Positions 49,925 through 64,000 of a stretch of DNA of 64,000 nt are shown here, one piece after another. The translations under genes and the position numbers were made by a program. This DNA comes from Paraspadella gotoi. Lineage: Eukaryota; Animalia; Chaetognatha. The notes beneath the pieces are model-generated. The model searched no databases, had not been told where the DNA came from, and worked only from the letters and a program-made list of their open reading frames with translations. The stretch spans positions 22,780,833 to 22,844,832 of the forward strand of contig CM119263.1 of assembly GCA_051294375.1 (NCBI GenBank), given 5' to 3'. Every line of letters begins with the position of its first letter. Positions within the stretch are counted from its first letter, which is position 1.

Positions 49925-50809
49925 TAGTAGACAGTTAGATTATTGTGCATATATGTTAATACAGAAACCGTTCAATATTAATTTTGTGCAGTTTCCCTTG
50001 AGCTTCGGCATTCAGATGCTAATTGTTAATTCCATGTTACTAGGCGGCTGTTATAGCGCCCAAAAACGTTCCCTCCCTTAACTGCACAGACCTGCGATCA
50101 CCGCCCGTGCTAGATTACCTCTAGAAACACTATTTGTGGTTTTTGGATAGATGCGATATTTTAATTGTAAACTTTTGCTTCTTCCTGGCTACCAATTTGC
50201 GCTTGTCATAAACGGTTGCGTGGATTTTATGTTCCACCATACATCCCCCCTCTTTCCCATAGGATGATGTCTGTTGTCGTTCTCTTCAGTTAAATTGTAT
50301 GTTGCGTGGGAAAGTGCCTCGTCACCAAGTTGTGAGGCATGTCGCTTTTTTTTTTTAGCTCTGCATGTTATTTATGTGGGTCGGAAATGTTGCATTCATC
50401 CGCTCAGGTTTGTAGGTCATGTCGCCTGAAATGTGTTGTTGCTTTAATGCTGTTTTGTGTAATCGGATTTAGTTCTTGCGTTTTTCTCAGCCAATGTATA
50501 AGATGACTCTCATTATGATTTATTTGATATAATGTAATTGACAGATTACACCTGATTCCAATAAATTAAGCAGCATAAAATCCCTGCAGCTTTCGGTATC
50601 AGGCTTGTATACATCTCCATGTTACCAGGCGTGTCAAAGTTAGCGCCCTCGTCTCCTTTCAATTAACTGTGCCAGACGACTACCGCGGTCTTTAGAACCT
50701 CTGACCCTAATGTTAGTTGGGTGAGGCGATATGACTTGCCTCTCAGCTCCAACCAATGTGCCTCTTGATAAAATAACGTGTTTGAAGTGGATTTTGTCCA
50801 AATACCATA
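49925..50809 (-). mobile_element. Family B complete two-LTR element (error-rich)
   Basis: LTRs at ~50495-50809 (5') and ~49925-50241 (3'). The internal ~250 bp starts with T-TGG (PBS-like, 50493) and ends with a purine tract (PPT, ~50244-50257). Confidence 0.7.
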
Positions 50810-51599
50810 ATTTAATTATCATTTATTTTTTTTTTAGCGTTTCTTTGTTTTTATATACGTGAATTTAGTCTGTTTCATTAGACGTGATGCTATCTCTAAA
50901 TTAAATTTTTAAGTATTGTTATTATACTTTATGTGAAATATAAGTATTTTTGTTTTTTATTTGTTATAGCATATCTCATTTCATTTTAGCACTGTCTCAT
51001 TTTAATGTGTATTTGTATGTGTTCCATTTCTTTTTAAACGTCTCTTTGATCTCTTGTTTTATTAGTCGTTAAACTTTTCTTTTTATTAAATGTCTCTTTT
51101 CTGTTGATTTGCTGTTGCTTGTCTATATATGTTATGTTATTAAGGCGTTAGTGATATACAGTTGCCATACGAAAATTCTATAAAGTCAATTTTAATGAAC
51201 TAACTATACAACAAGTCAGTGAACATTTATTTGTAAAAAATATTAATTTTAGTTTTTATATTTTGCCTAGTATGCTATATTTTAAATTATTAGCTTACTA
51301 TCCTTATTAAAATCGAATATAATTTTCAATAAAATTATTGGTTTTAGTAATTTTTTTCTTTCTTAATGTTTGATTGCAGATTTGAATTTCCTCGTTCAAA
51401 TGTTGATTATAAAGAAAATATTAAATCATATGTTAAAAATTTTCTTTCATTTAAAATGTGGAAGATTAAAAATTTTAACAAAAAATCTATATTTAATAAT
51501 TTAAATAAGTTAATTTTTCATGGCTCTTTATATATATAGGCTTTTTTCTCATTTTTTGGCTACCAATCTAATGACAGGAAAATATTTTTCAAAATAATG

Positions 51600-54500
51600 A
51601 GTTCTATAATTCATTTTTTGTTATATCAACTTTTTATGTCGAATTCAACTAATATCTGTTCAAAAAAATTCTCTTTAATAAATACTGTTTTTGAATAATA
51701 TCTATACATTTTTAATTATCTTTATATTTTGGTTTTTTTTTTCTTATTATTGTATAAGTCTTAATTTTTTTTTTATTTTATCAGATTATTGCTTTTATTA
51801 TATTACTTATTTAGTTTTTGAACTTACATTATTAGTTCTTTAGTATTTTTTTTTATTATTAATTTTTTTTAGTTATTTTTTTTTTTTAATTTAATTTAAA
51901 TGATATGCACGATTTTTCTTTAGAGTTTTGTTCTAACTCTCCTCTCTTATATTCTTTTTAGTTTATTTTATTCTCTTTTTTTATTTTTATTATTAGTTTT
52001 ATACTATTTTTTTTTTTTTTTTATTTTTTTTTTTACTTATTTTTTTTAATTATTTAATTTTGTTTTATTTCAATATTTTTAATTATTTTTTATTTTTTCC
52101 TATATCTTTTATTTCTTATAATTTTTTTTTTTTATTTATTTTTTTGTATATAATCTTTAATTCATTTTATTTTTTTATTTTTTGATTCCCTTCTAATATA
52201 TTTTCTATTTCTTTATAGTTTATTTGAATTTTTTATTTTTGTTCTATTGTCTTATTATATAGTTTTTATTACTACTTCGTAATATATTACATGTTATTAA
52301 TTCAGTTGTTTATCTGTGCTTATATGTTTTTCACTATTTTTTTTAGGTTTTATATTTTATTTTATATATATTTATTATACTTCATCTCTTCATTCTATTT
52401 TGTTGTGTCCTATTTTTAATTTTTGTTTATAAATTTTATTTTTATATAGTATTTTTATTTTATTAGCTTTATATTATTTAATTAGTTTTTATTAATGATT
52501 ATTTATGTTTTTTTATTTAGTTTTTAGTTATTTTATTTATATTTTCTTATATTTTTCTATTCTTTAAAATAATTTTTTTTATTTTTTTTTTATTTTATTT
52601 TTTCTTATTAATTTATTTTTTATATTAGTAATTTTTTATTATATTACTATTTTATTTTATTAGTAATCTTTATAATTTTAATATTTTATTAATTAAATTC
52701 TTTTTTTTATTTATTAGATTTTTTTTTACTATATATTTTTGTTTATTGTTTTTTCCATTTATTTATTATTATATATATTTATATTTTATTTTTCATTTGT
52801 ATCTTCTTTATTTTATATTATTTTTTCTGTTATTTAAATTCTTTATGGTTTCTTAGTATCTATTTGTAAGCATTCCTGCCACGAGTTAAGTCTTTTTGTA
52901 TCTATATTCATTTAATTTACTCTTTTTAGATTTATATCAGCCGATATATTTTTAACTCTTTTATTTTTATTTTCTTTTTTTTATTTTATATATTATATTT
53001 AATATTCTTCCACTTTGATTTCTATATACATATTTATTCTTCGCTAATAGTTATATTTTCTCTTTTCTGTATTTTTTCTTTTAGTCACATGTTTTTTGTG
53101 TTATTTTTCTCTTTTTTATATATTGTCTAAATATTATATTCCTATTCTTAAGTTCTCTTGTTTATATGTATTTTAATTTATAGTTCTCATTGTAATCTTT
53201 TTAGGATGTGTCTCTTTAATACGTATTTCTTTTTTTCTTATATAGTTTATTTTTTTTTCATTTTTCTTATTTTTTGATTCTCTTCTTATTTATTTAAGTT
53301 ACCTACTCAGTCTTTCAGTTGTACTCTATTATTTCTTTATTATTCTTCTGTCTTTTTCATATTTTATTCATTTTTTTTTTAATTATATTTTATTAGTTTT
53401 TTCTTCTCTTTTATTATTCCCTTAAATTTTCGTTCTTTCATTATGTTGAATCATTTCGTGTTTTCAATGTTATTATTTAGTTTTGTATATTATTATTACT
53501 TTATTTCTTTTATTTATTTTGGTTATAATAACTTTATTGTCTTCTCTTTGTTTATGGTAATCTATTTATCTTATTCTACTTATTTTTTAATATATTATAT
53601 AATCTATATTTTATTTATTAGAATTTTCATATTCATTGTCTCTTATACCATTTTTTTTTTATTTAAGTAGTGGGATACTACTTTACTTTTAGTATTTATT
53701 ATTTGGCGTTTTTAATAGATTCCCTAGAAATCTTATTAATATGTAATTATTCTTTATTTTTTTATTTAGTAATTTCTATTCGATTTGTATTTTTCTTAAT
53801 AAATTTTTATTTTTTTAGAATATGACATAAAAATATTAAATATTTTTACTGTAATTTTTTGTAAATTTTTGTTAGATGTTCTCACTTTTTTTCTTTATAA
53901 TGTTCCTTTCTTGATACGTTTTATCCTTCTTATTGATCTGTATCTATTTTCTTGTGTTTATTTATTTTTTATATCCTTCTCTCCACTTTCTTCACGAATG
54001 TTCGTGTTTTCTTATCTCTTATTTTTGTTTTTCCTCCGTTTTTTCTGTTATTCTCATCCGTTTTATTATATAGTTTTATATATTATTTGTATTTTTCTTT
54101 TATTAATACTCTTCTTGTTTTTTACTTATTCTTATTTTTTTTTTTTTTTAAAGATACATATTTTATACTTATTTACATCTTTTTAATATGTGGTAATTTT
54201 TTATATAATTTTAGTTAATTATACTTTATCTAAAGCTATTATTTTTATATTTTAATAGATACTTTTATTTTTTTTTTTTCTTAAGTTAATTTTTATTTTA
54301 TATAGTATAATTTTTATGTAATATAATTAATTAATATTTCTTTAATTTAATATATTATGATAGTTTATCGGCGGAAAAAATAAAACTTCTTTTTATTTTT
54401 GATTCTTGTTTTATATTATTGTATTTTTTTAGAAATCACTTTTTATTATTTACTATTTTCTTTATTATGTTTGTAATATTGTGTACTAAATTTCCTTTTT

Positions 54501-55673
54501 TTTTATTATTTTTTTTCATAATTACTTTTATATCTGACCACTTATTTTTTTTTTTTCGTATTTCATAGACTTTTTAATCTTTTATTTTTTGTATTTTTGT
54601 TTTTTTTATATGATTTAAAATATTTTATATAAATATAAATTATATACGTAGAATTAGTATTGATATTAGTTCAATAAACGATTTTTTTTCTATTTCTTTT
54701 TCGGGTTTTTAGTTATTTTTATTTTTTCTCTTTTTACTTATTTTTTTCTTTATTATATTATAATTCTAATTTTACATTTTCTTTTTTTCTCTTATACAAT
54801 ATCTTAGTTTTTAAACTTTTAAGTTTAATATTGTCCAAACTTTTTGTTTCTTGTTTTTTGATATTTTTTATTTTTTAAATATTTTTTAGTTTAGTTTTTT
54901 AATCTTGTTCTTATATTGTATCATTTTTTTTTATTTAATTATCTTTTTTATTGTCATAAATTTGTTACATCCAATTATTATAATTTATTCTCATTTTTTT
55001 AATAATTAATCTATCTCATGCCCTCTATCTGACTTTATTTATCTTTGTTTGGACACGTCTTTTTGATTCTGGTTTGGGCTTTTAGGGCCTCCATCCATCT
55101 GTCTTACTAAGAATATAATGTTTCTTTCATAGCAGTTCTCTTTGCCAAGTTTATCTTTAACTCCAATCTGAGACTACTCTTTTCACTAGTTATAATCTTT
55201 TTCTTTCGTTTTATATACATTTATCTTCCCAAGTATTTTTATTTTTAATTTACCTGGGTCTTTAAATTATAATTTTTTATCTTTCTCTTTTATCCTTTTC
55301 ATTCAATGATTTTTTAATATAGTTTAGTATATTTGCGTTTATTTTTATAGTTAAATTTATTATTTTTATTTTTAATATTTCATTTATTATTTTATTGTAT
55401 TTCATATTTTTGTTTATTATTGATATTAAGATCCTACATTCCCTTAAGAGTTATTTATAGATTCGTTGGGTTTATAAGCTTTATTTTTTGTTACTACTCG
55501 CTTTTTAAAATCATTAAGGCTATCAAAATTACAAGGATTCTAATTTTTATATTAGTTATATATTATTATTTTTTTTGTTGTTTTTATAATTTTTTGTATT
55601 TTATACAAGATCCCTTGGTATGAATATACGTTTTATTATGGTCATATTTTGTACAATTTCATGATAAAGAGGT
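51600..55673. other. Extremely T-rich low-complexity tract, probably a low-quality raw read used for gap filling
   Basis: Strong single-strand T skew, no periodicity, progressive decay of recognisable repeats from ~44 kb onward, and it ends at an N gap. Confidence 0.7.
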
Positions 55674-56584
55674 NNNNNNNNNNNNNNNNNNNNNNNNNAT
55701 AATATAATATATCCACGTTAGTATTATAAACTTCCCAGCTTAATTGATTGAATCAAATTTTCTCTTTTAAACTTTAGTAGATACCTCACCCGAGAGCTAA
55801 TATCATATATATTTTAAAGAGAGAGATACTGTTTTTACCCACGCGAATTTCTGGCAATCTCGTTTGCAATTTGGGTAGTCAGATTTTAACGGAAATCTCT
55901 TTAGAAAAATGTTGATTTTTTTTTAAGCGAGATTCTCGTCTACGATAAGCGAATATTATTCCATAATCCGAGTCTGACGAGCGCCATTACGAGACTCAAC
56001 TTATCCTCGGTTCATTTTTCACTTCCGGTTGACCTTCGACCTCCCAGTCGTATTCCACCTCTTCCTCCACCTTCTCTCCTCCTCATCGCCTTTCCCATTG
56101 CTGTCCTTATCCTCTTCTTCTACATTCACCTTTTCATCCTTTTCCTCCTCCTACGTATCTGAGATCATATCAATGGAAACTTTACTATTTATAAGTAGTA
56201 TTTACACGCTTTAAAAATTAATTAAAACCTTCATTCTTTCAAAATAATTCTTGTCAGTGGCTTACCCTAACAGCTAAGTTAGTCCATGTTTCTACATCTT
56301 TTCAAGATTGTGGGAAGTTGATATTTTTTTTATTCGGTCTTCGGTCATTTGATGGTGAAACTCAATTGTTCCGCTTGTCCTCCTCTCTCTCTCTCTCTCT
56401 CTCTCACTTTCCTTTTCCTTACTGTCCTGTCCATTTACCCCAACTACTATCTCCTTCGATGGATAGAAGCCTCTCTTTGACCGGCAGTGGAGGAGGCCAA
56501 CAAGAGGATGCTAACGAGGGTCCCAAGAAGGGGCCACGGAGGGCGGAGGGTGATAAGCAAGCCTTTCGGCAAGCGAGGGAACCC

Positions 56585-56634
<50 letters not shown>

Positions 56635-59600
56635 TAAATGAACGAAGGGCGACGTTTGGGGGACGCTTTTTTTTGTGGATAAGAATAGGAGTCTACCGTC
56701 GTTCTTAGAAAATCGAGGAAGACTTTTCTAATGGAGATTTTCGTTAAAATCTGACTACCAAACAATGTCAACGCCCCATGGGAATAATTCAGGAAAAAAA
56801 TAGATGTAAAAACACTCGATTCCGATCCGTTTGCATCTGAAGGGCTCGCATTTTTTTTCTCTTGACAAATAACCATCATTTTGACATCAAACATCAGATT
56901 CAAATGGACTGGTCCGTCGGGAAAATATTTTCGATGAATTTTATATATAAAATAAAGGGCAATTTCTCACTTCAATACAATGTCAACGCATTTAACATAT
57001 GTTGTGATTTTACAATAAACTTCAAATTCAGGAATCCGATGCCATATGCTCTGAAGGGGCTTCAAATTTTTCTTACATTTTATTTGGTTATTTTGATATG
57101 AATACGATCATGGGAAAAGTGAATTAGTCCATTTTGGTGAAATTTTTTTATTTAAAGTAAAAGTAAAAGAGGAGCTAACGATCGGAATTCTAAGAGTTTT
57201 CAACCGGGAGTAGATCAGTAAAAATTTCTATGGCGAAAATCCTTCCAAAGAAGGGGTGGATTTCCGAAGATTTTGGTTGATATTTCTATATTTATGGTAG
57301 GATTTTTTTGAAACTTAATATTAACAATATTGCCATCATTCTACCTTGGCGGTATACAGAATATATAAAAAAACCTCTGGCTTTGTTCGTCAGAGCTTAG
57401 TCCTAGATAAGACGAATTGCCCGACCATAGGAGTCTATCGGTCAGACATTAAATCGACGTGGCGTGTCGGAATAGCGAAAGTGAAGAGGTGAAAAGTGTG
57501 TTTAAGAAAACAAGCATATGAGCGTGTGAAGCAGAATATCGAATTGGTGATAGATTATGCAAACGAGGAGAAAAAAGATGAGAAAATCTGAGAAGGCGGT
57601 TTTGCAATTAGCTCATTCGGCTTTCGTGGCACCGTTCGCAAACAGCAATGCTTCCATTCGATTCATGGACTTAAATTATAAGCCAACTGATTTAAAATTT
57701 AAACATATATAAAGAAATCCATGTTAATATATGCTGCAAAAAATAACAATTTTAAAATATCAAGTATTTTTAAAAATAAGGCTCGTCGAGATGAATTTTG
57801 AACGTTTTTTTTTTTCGTTCCCTCGTTTTGTTTTTCTTGAAGGGATCGACCATAAAATTTTCTTATTCTGAATTCTAACAACATACGCCAAAACAAAAGA
57901 CTATTGGTCGGGCGAGGCACTATCATCGATTTAGCATCTAAAGTCGGAAAAAAGGGTAGTACATCATACAATAATACTTATACTTTTAATCTATGAGGAA
58001 GTATCATAAGAAACCTCTCGTGCAATATCAGTTTTCAAAAAATCAGTTTTCTGGAACATATAGGGGTTTCCTTATTTTGGACTCACTTTGTCGAGCTATA
58101 ATCCAGGAAGTTTATGATATATTTCCAATTTTTTTTAAATCATAGTAAGTAACTGAAATCTAGCATGGATTGAATTAAAATTTATTTAAAAACTGTTTTA
58201 TAACTGTATCTGAGTTTTCAAAATTAGCTGAGAAACTATATGGAAACACGCGGAAACATGATCATTCTTATTTAATTTAATGATTGATTTTATATATGTG
58301 TTTTATGTCGTTTACAACAATTAGTTGAAACAGTAACATTCAAAAGGGCATACAGCATTACAGCATAAACGCATAAATTGTACAGTTTACAATTCAACAA
58401 AATATAAAATATTTAAATTAACAGAAGAAAAAAGAAAAAAAAATCAACATATATATATATAAATATATATATTATATAACTTATAACGCACATGATATAT
58501 TTGGGAGATCTTCCGCAAAACTTCCGCTTCATAGTAAATACCAAAATGATTTTCAAAATTAATTATTTTACACAAATCCGATAAGACTAATTTATAAAGT
58601 AAATTTCGTTTTTAAGAGCAATTTTTCAACTGATCAGTGATTCGCAAAGCTAAATTTTCTACCACGACAACGACCAAATGTAAGCGTCAGTTATGTCTTG
58701 TAATTTAGAAATAAAAGAATATGTATAATAAAAATAATAAAAAGACACAATTCATTGAGGAATAGAGGAAAGTAGAGCTAATGATATAGTAAAGATCGGG
58801 AATGAATCGAGCAAAGGATCGGGGAATGGATCGAGCAAAGGATCGGTCAAAGGATGAGGCAAACCGTGCGGACCATTGTCCAAAGATCAACTAAGTATTT
58901 GGTAATGAAATTAACGATGGGACTTCGAAAAAAAATCTTATGTAAATTTTTTTTAATTTACATATTAATGGCTTTAAAGGCCAATCTAAATAAGCATTTC
59001 AAAAATTTTTAAAAGTTTTTGGGTACGAAAATGGCAAAATCTACATATTGTAAACTCTCATTTATAATTTTACTAAAATTATATTCTGATACCTGCTTAT
59101 TTATGAAATCAAAATCTTTTTCATGGATAGTTTATTTGAGAAAATGATTTCGTAGTTATAATATAATATATCCACGTTAGTAATTATAAACTTCCCAGCT
59201 TAATTGATTGAAATCAAATTTTCTCTTTTAAACTTAGTAGATACCTCACCCGAGAGCTAATATCGATATAATATTTTTTATATATTTTTATGCGGTCCCT
59301 TGAGGATGATAATCATTATTCACTTGCAAAAAACCGTTTTTAAATTCCTACCATGATTTCTGAGATATAGTCATAAACGTCAGCCTTGAAAGGCAAAATT
59401 TGTCAGAATAAAATTTTCGAGTTTCCTTCTTAGATTTCTGACGCGCTAGTACAAACTATTTAAAAAAGAGGAAACGTTTCACTAGATTTCTTCCAACTAA
59501 TCCATAAAATGAGTAAGACAATTGGGTACACCTGATAGTCATAAGTCTCTAGAGGGCAGAAAATTTTCTTTAGGTTTTATTTTGAAATTTAGGTAATTGT

Positions 59601-61979
59601 ACAAATAGGATAAATTGAGATACTCCTGCTCTGCCGAAATTTTTATTTAACAAAGATTTGTACTGCGTAGTTCAAATTTTAGTTCTCTAACGGTAAAAAA
59701 AGTTATTTTTTCTGAATAACTTTTGAGAGAAAAAGAGATAGGAACGTGGGCGAGGTATTAAATTTAAGCCCTAATCATGGGACACCTTTCTAAATAAGTT
59801 TTATTAAATTTTATCCATAAATCTTTACACAGCCTTTATTTAAATCGGAGTTAAAAGTATAACAGTTTTTTGGATTAAAAATTTCATTGAAGCTATATGA
59901 AATTGTTTGTTTCTTTCTTAATTTGAAAAAGGAAAGCCTAAATTTACATTTTGATTACCATTAAATTTTCTCTACTGCATAAAATTGCTTGCATTTTTCA
60001 GTTAAAGTAAAAAACAAGCAAAAATTTATGTAGTAGCTTGATAAAATGTTTTTTTAAAATATAAAAAATGATAATAACAAAAATTGTTTTCAGCTTAATA
60101 TAAACAGTCTGGACGTCTACCTTCTGTCTGTGGAGAAAAAATCGTCATTTTTCATTATCTTCAACTGCAAACAAAAAGCTTGACACACTGCTTGTTTATA
60201 TAATAAATTTTAAAAAATTACATAGCTGGGGACATATTTGACAAAGCAAGACATCATTGTGTTAATTTGTATTGATAATTTTTTTTTAGCTTTTCTTTTA
60301 TTTCTTCTTAAATAAAAATTTCAGTGGAGAAAAAAAATTAAAATCTACTCATCTTGAATGTCATTGTTAACTGATTAAAAGGTAAAATTTTTTAATTCGC
60401 CCTTTTGCCCCAAGCCCCAAGACATGGAAGTGCCCAAAACTTTTAAAACATTTTTATTTGATGTGCATACAAGGCGGAACCCGCCATTCTGAATTTTTGT
60501 ATTTTCCCTTTCAAACATATTAAATAAAAATAATTATTTTCGAGATGTTTGACGTGACAATGCCACTGGTAAGGCTTCGTTACCTCACTTCCGAATGAAT
60601 TTTTAAACGAGGATTTTTTTCGCGTCTATTCGAGACATAACACTAACTATTGATATTACTAGTTTTTGATTCACACAATCTACTTCGCGTATCAGAGAAA
60701 CGTTTAGCGTGTCAAAAAATAGGGTAAAAATGAGTAAAACGTTCTGACAAAATTAAAATCGATGGAGGAATCTAACTTTAGTCTTACCGGTATTTGTGAG
60801 CGCAAAAATATTTAGAGAAAGCTAAAAAAAATGCGTATAGCGTTCAGTTATTCTTTAGGAATCATAAAAAATAATATGAAACATTTTTGTCCTTTTTAGA
60901 AATATTAAGAATTTGAAGCCTCCGGAATGAAAACTAAATCGGGCGGCCTTAGTATTTTAAATACATTCAAATACTTTAATTCGAACTTTACCTAAATAAC
61001 AAAACACATTTTTCAATATTTCAGAGCTTATTCGAGATGCTCTCGTTAAGGTCGCGATCAGTATTTTAACTTTTATTAGAAATGTTGCGAGGTGCTCTCG
61101 TTAAGGTTCGATCGTTTTTTGCCTCTGTAGAATTTTGTATTTTTCACTCTCTCTCGCTTTCTTGTTTATTTGCTGACGCGAAATAAATTCTTTAAAAGAA
61201 ATTCCTGCTTTTCGATGTTAGAATAGCTCAGGAAAAGGGAGCTCTTCAATTTATGAGAAGAACCACTTAAGTTTTTCAAGAATTACTCTGGTTAAGCTAT
61301 CTGAATATACCATTAGTNNNNNNNNNNNNNNNNNNNNNNNNNATAATTTTTCCGATTTTAACGTGCGCTTCGATGATAGTGCGAGGGGCGCCGGGGGGAG
61401 CGTGGCTCGAAAGCGTGATATCATTGCGAGAGGTCAGGAAGAAGTGACGGTGAAAACGACAGGTGAGATGGAGAATGGTGACGGGTGGAGTCACGGAGGA
61501 AAGAGATGATGTTAGAAGAGGAAAGGAAAGGAAATTATGAGGAAAAAAAATGAAAGGAAAGAAGTTACATAAACGAAGATAAAGTAAAGAAGAGATTAGG
61601 AAATTTTGAGAAAAATAAGGACAGGTTATAAGATGAGGAAAGTAGAGGAAGAAGAATGGGAGGAAGTGATCAAATTATGGGAGGAAGTTGGAAAGGGATG
61701 AGGTTAAAGGAAGGAAAGGAAAGAAAAGTAAAGAAAATAGAAGGAAAAGGAAATTATGAGAGGAAATATAAAAAGAAGTTGGAGAGAATGTGGAGATGGA
61801 ATGGAGAGAAGAAAATAAAATGGAAGAGTACAGGTATGACCGAGATGAGAAGTGAATAGAAATGCTTGAGACTTGGAATTTGATATTTAAGTTTTCCTTT
61901 CGAAAATAAGTTTATGTAGGAAGCCGCTATAGAAAAAGAAGCCAGTGACTTTTTTCTTATATTTTTATATCGATAGATG

Positions 61980-63200
61980 TGGAATGACGGGAATATTGTA
62001 AATCTCAAGTTTCGCTTTAATCGGACCTCACATTGTGGAGAAATCTTAGGAAAACCGATTCTGACTTCCTCTTACAAACTTATAATTTTGCTAGTTAATT
62101 TTTTTTCTTAAACGAGCGAAGGGAATCCACAACTTTCTGTTATTTTAAAATTTCTGGGTAAAAAATATAATAAATTACATTAACATTGGGATATTATGAA
62201 AGTGTAATATCTTATGAAGCCTGCGAGAGTTAAATAATTTAAAAAAATGCTTATTTTATTATTGAAAAATAACATCAAAGTGAAGAAGTTGAATGGCTTC
62301 CGGCTCCTTTCAGTAAACATCCCTGTTCTCTTCAATAAGATAATATTTACTTTTTGCTAGTAGAAAAGAAGGTTAAATACTTAGGCTGTGATGGGGTAAA
62401 TAATATTTTGTAGAATTTTGTAAGCATGCTTGTAAAATCAGACAAACAAATATTTAAGTGACAAAAAATTCACATTTTCTTTATCCAAAAAACTTTAAAA
62501 TTTTACTAGAGTACAATTTAGCCTTTTTTCTTTCAGAATCATTAAAAAGAATTAAATTTTCATTTATTCTTATGGGGTATCATTAGTTTTAAAATTCATT
62601 ATAATTTTGACTTAGTTTGACACTCACCCTGTAAGAAGGTTTCAGCATGAGTGATTCTAAAATTGTATCTTGTATGTGCCCTCTGATTATGGCTTCATTT
62701 TGGTACTATTGCCATCCCTTTATCTTTATTCCTTCAAAAGATATTAGGAAAAATCAGTTTTTTCTCAACCTTCCTTTTAATTTCTTTTTAAATAAAAATT
62801 TTGTGATTCAAACCGGACTATTTCATTTAAACCTGATCATTTTATGTCAAAATCATTATAAAATGAAAAATAGAAAAATAGGACAAGCTCTTCAGACACA
62901 AAGCTATCAGAATCGCAAAATTCGAAGTTGCTCATGTAACAGGAACATATAGCAATCCCGTTTGCAATTTTAAGTTTGTAAACTTTCCCTTTCATTTCTA
63001 TAGTAAAAATGAGGTTTGAAAATTCTCCGGAAATGAGTAGTGCATTTCCCCTGGCTTGTTTGATATTAAATCCTTTATCAAATGCCATAAAATGAATAGG
63101 ACAAGCTCTTCAGATGTAACGCTATCGGAATCGTGTGTTTTTACAAGTGTTTTTTAACCGAATTTCTGGCAAACGCGTTTGCAATTTGGGTAGTCAGATT
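61980..63200 (-). repeat. Inverted duplicate of ~44400-45900
   Basis: For example, 62600-62645 is the reverse complement of ~45050-45100, and the match is collinear over more than 1 kb. Confidence 0.7.
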
Positions 63201-63690
63201 TGAACGGAATTCTCTATTAGTAATAGTATTAGAAAAAATGTAAAATTTTTTTTAAGCAAGATTCTCGTCTATTTTATGTCAAAATCATTATAAAATGAAA
63301 AAAGAAAAATAGGACAAGCTCTTCAGACACAAAGATATCAGAATCGCGAAATTCGAAGTCGCTCATGTAACAGGAACATATAGCAATCCCGTTTGCAATT
63401 TTAAGTTGTCAACTTTCATTTCTATAGTAAAAATGAGGTTTGAAAATTCTCTGAAGATGAGGAGTGCATTTTCCCTGGCTTGTTTGATATCAAATCCTTC
63501 ATCAAATGTGATAAAACGAATAGGACAAGCTCTTCAGATGTAACGCTATCGGAATCTTGCGTTTTTACAACTGATTTCTACCCGAATTTCTAGCAATCGT
63601 GTTTGCAATTTGGGTAGTCAGATTTGAACGGAACTCTCTATTAAAAAAATGTTGAATCTTTTTTAAATCGAGATTCTCGTCTAGTTTATG
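62840..63690 (+). repeat. Tandem repeat, ~430-bp unit, two copies
   Basis: TTTTATGTCAAAATCATTATAAAATGAAAA at ~62840 and ~63272. Internal sub-repeat AATAGGACAAGCTCTTCAGA twice per unit. Fragment also at ~55830-55942. Confidence 0.85.
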
Positions 63691-63893
63691 GCTTCTGAAC
63701 TCTTTTTGCGATAAAATTCGGGTTTCAGCCTAAGTGATATGTGATATGATAACATTTGAAAAACTTTATTCCTTCGGGTGAGCGAAAACCTTCTTTTCTC
63801 CTTTCTAAATATGGAAAGTCAATAATTTTGCTTCGCAGACGTCGGAGTTAACTTCACAACATCGCAATCTCTGGAGAATTTAAAACGTTGACC

Positions 63894-63937
<44 letters not shown>

Positions 63938-64000
63938 GAGAACGATGAAAAATGAATGAGTTGTTATGTCGGTCTAAAAATAAACAAAAAAAGTCGAAGA

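Noticed and set aside
51600-55673. T-rich tract with F/L/I/Y-rich ORFs resembling mitochondrial or edited genes
   Set aside because: No recognisable mitochondrial motifs. It is consistent with degraded long-read sequence next to a gap.

Overview
AT-rich genomic window from an invertebrate metazoan, with spliceosomal introns, TTAGGG-type repeats and N gaps. The region from about 44 to 59 kb looks like error-rich long-read gap fill. Host genes are the 3' end of a myosin II heavy-chain rod (+, to ~4124), UBE2Q (-, 9086-17945), a Cappuccino/FMN-type formin (+, 20472-26390) and a downstream spliced exon chain of unknown function (+, 27081-30744). The main finding is two different families of small non-autonomous LTR elements (TRIM-like). 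In both, each LTR carries a tRNA-derived Pol III promoter followed directly by a circularly permuted (type-P5) twister ribozyme. Family A has a complete copy at 11268-11957: TG..CA LTRs of ~285 bp, PBS, PPT and a 4-bp TSD; double cleavage would release a ~406-nt monomer that could circularise. Family B has ~232-bp TA..CA LTRs with 5-bp TSDs, many solo LTRs, and one noisy two-LTR copy at ~49925-50809. The two ribozymes covary in every helix and share two oddities: a bulged 3-bp P2 and a 6-nt palindrome in place of P1. This is a candidate animal 'twister LTR-retrozyme' system. All structure and splice calls were made by eye; cleavage activity and novelty are untested.
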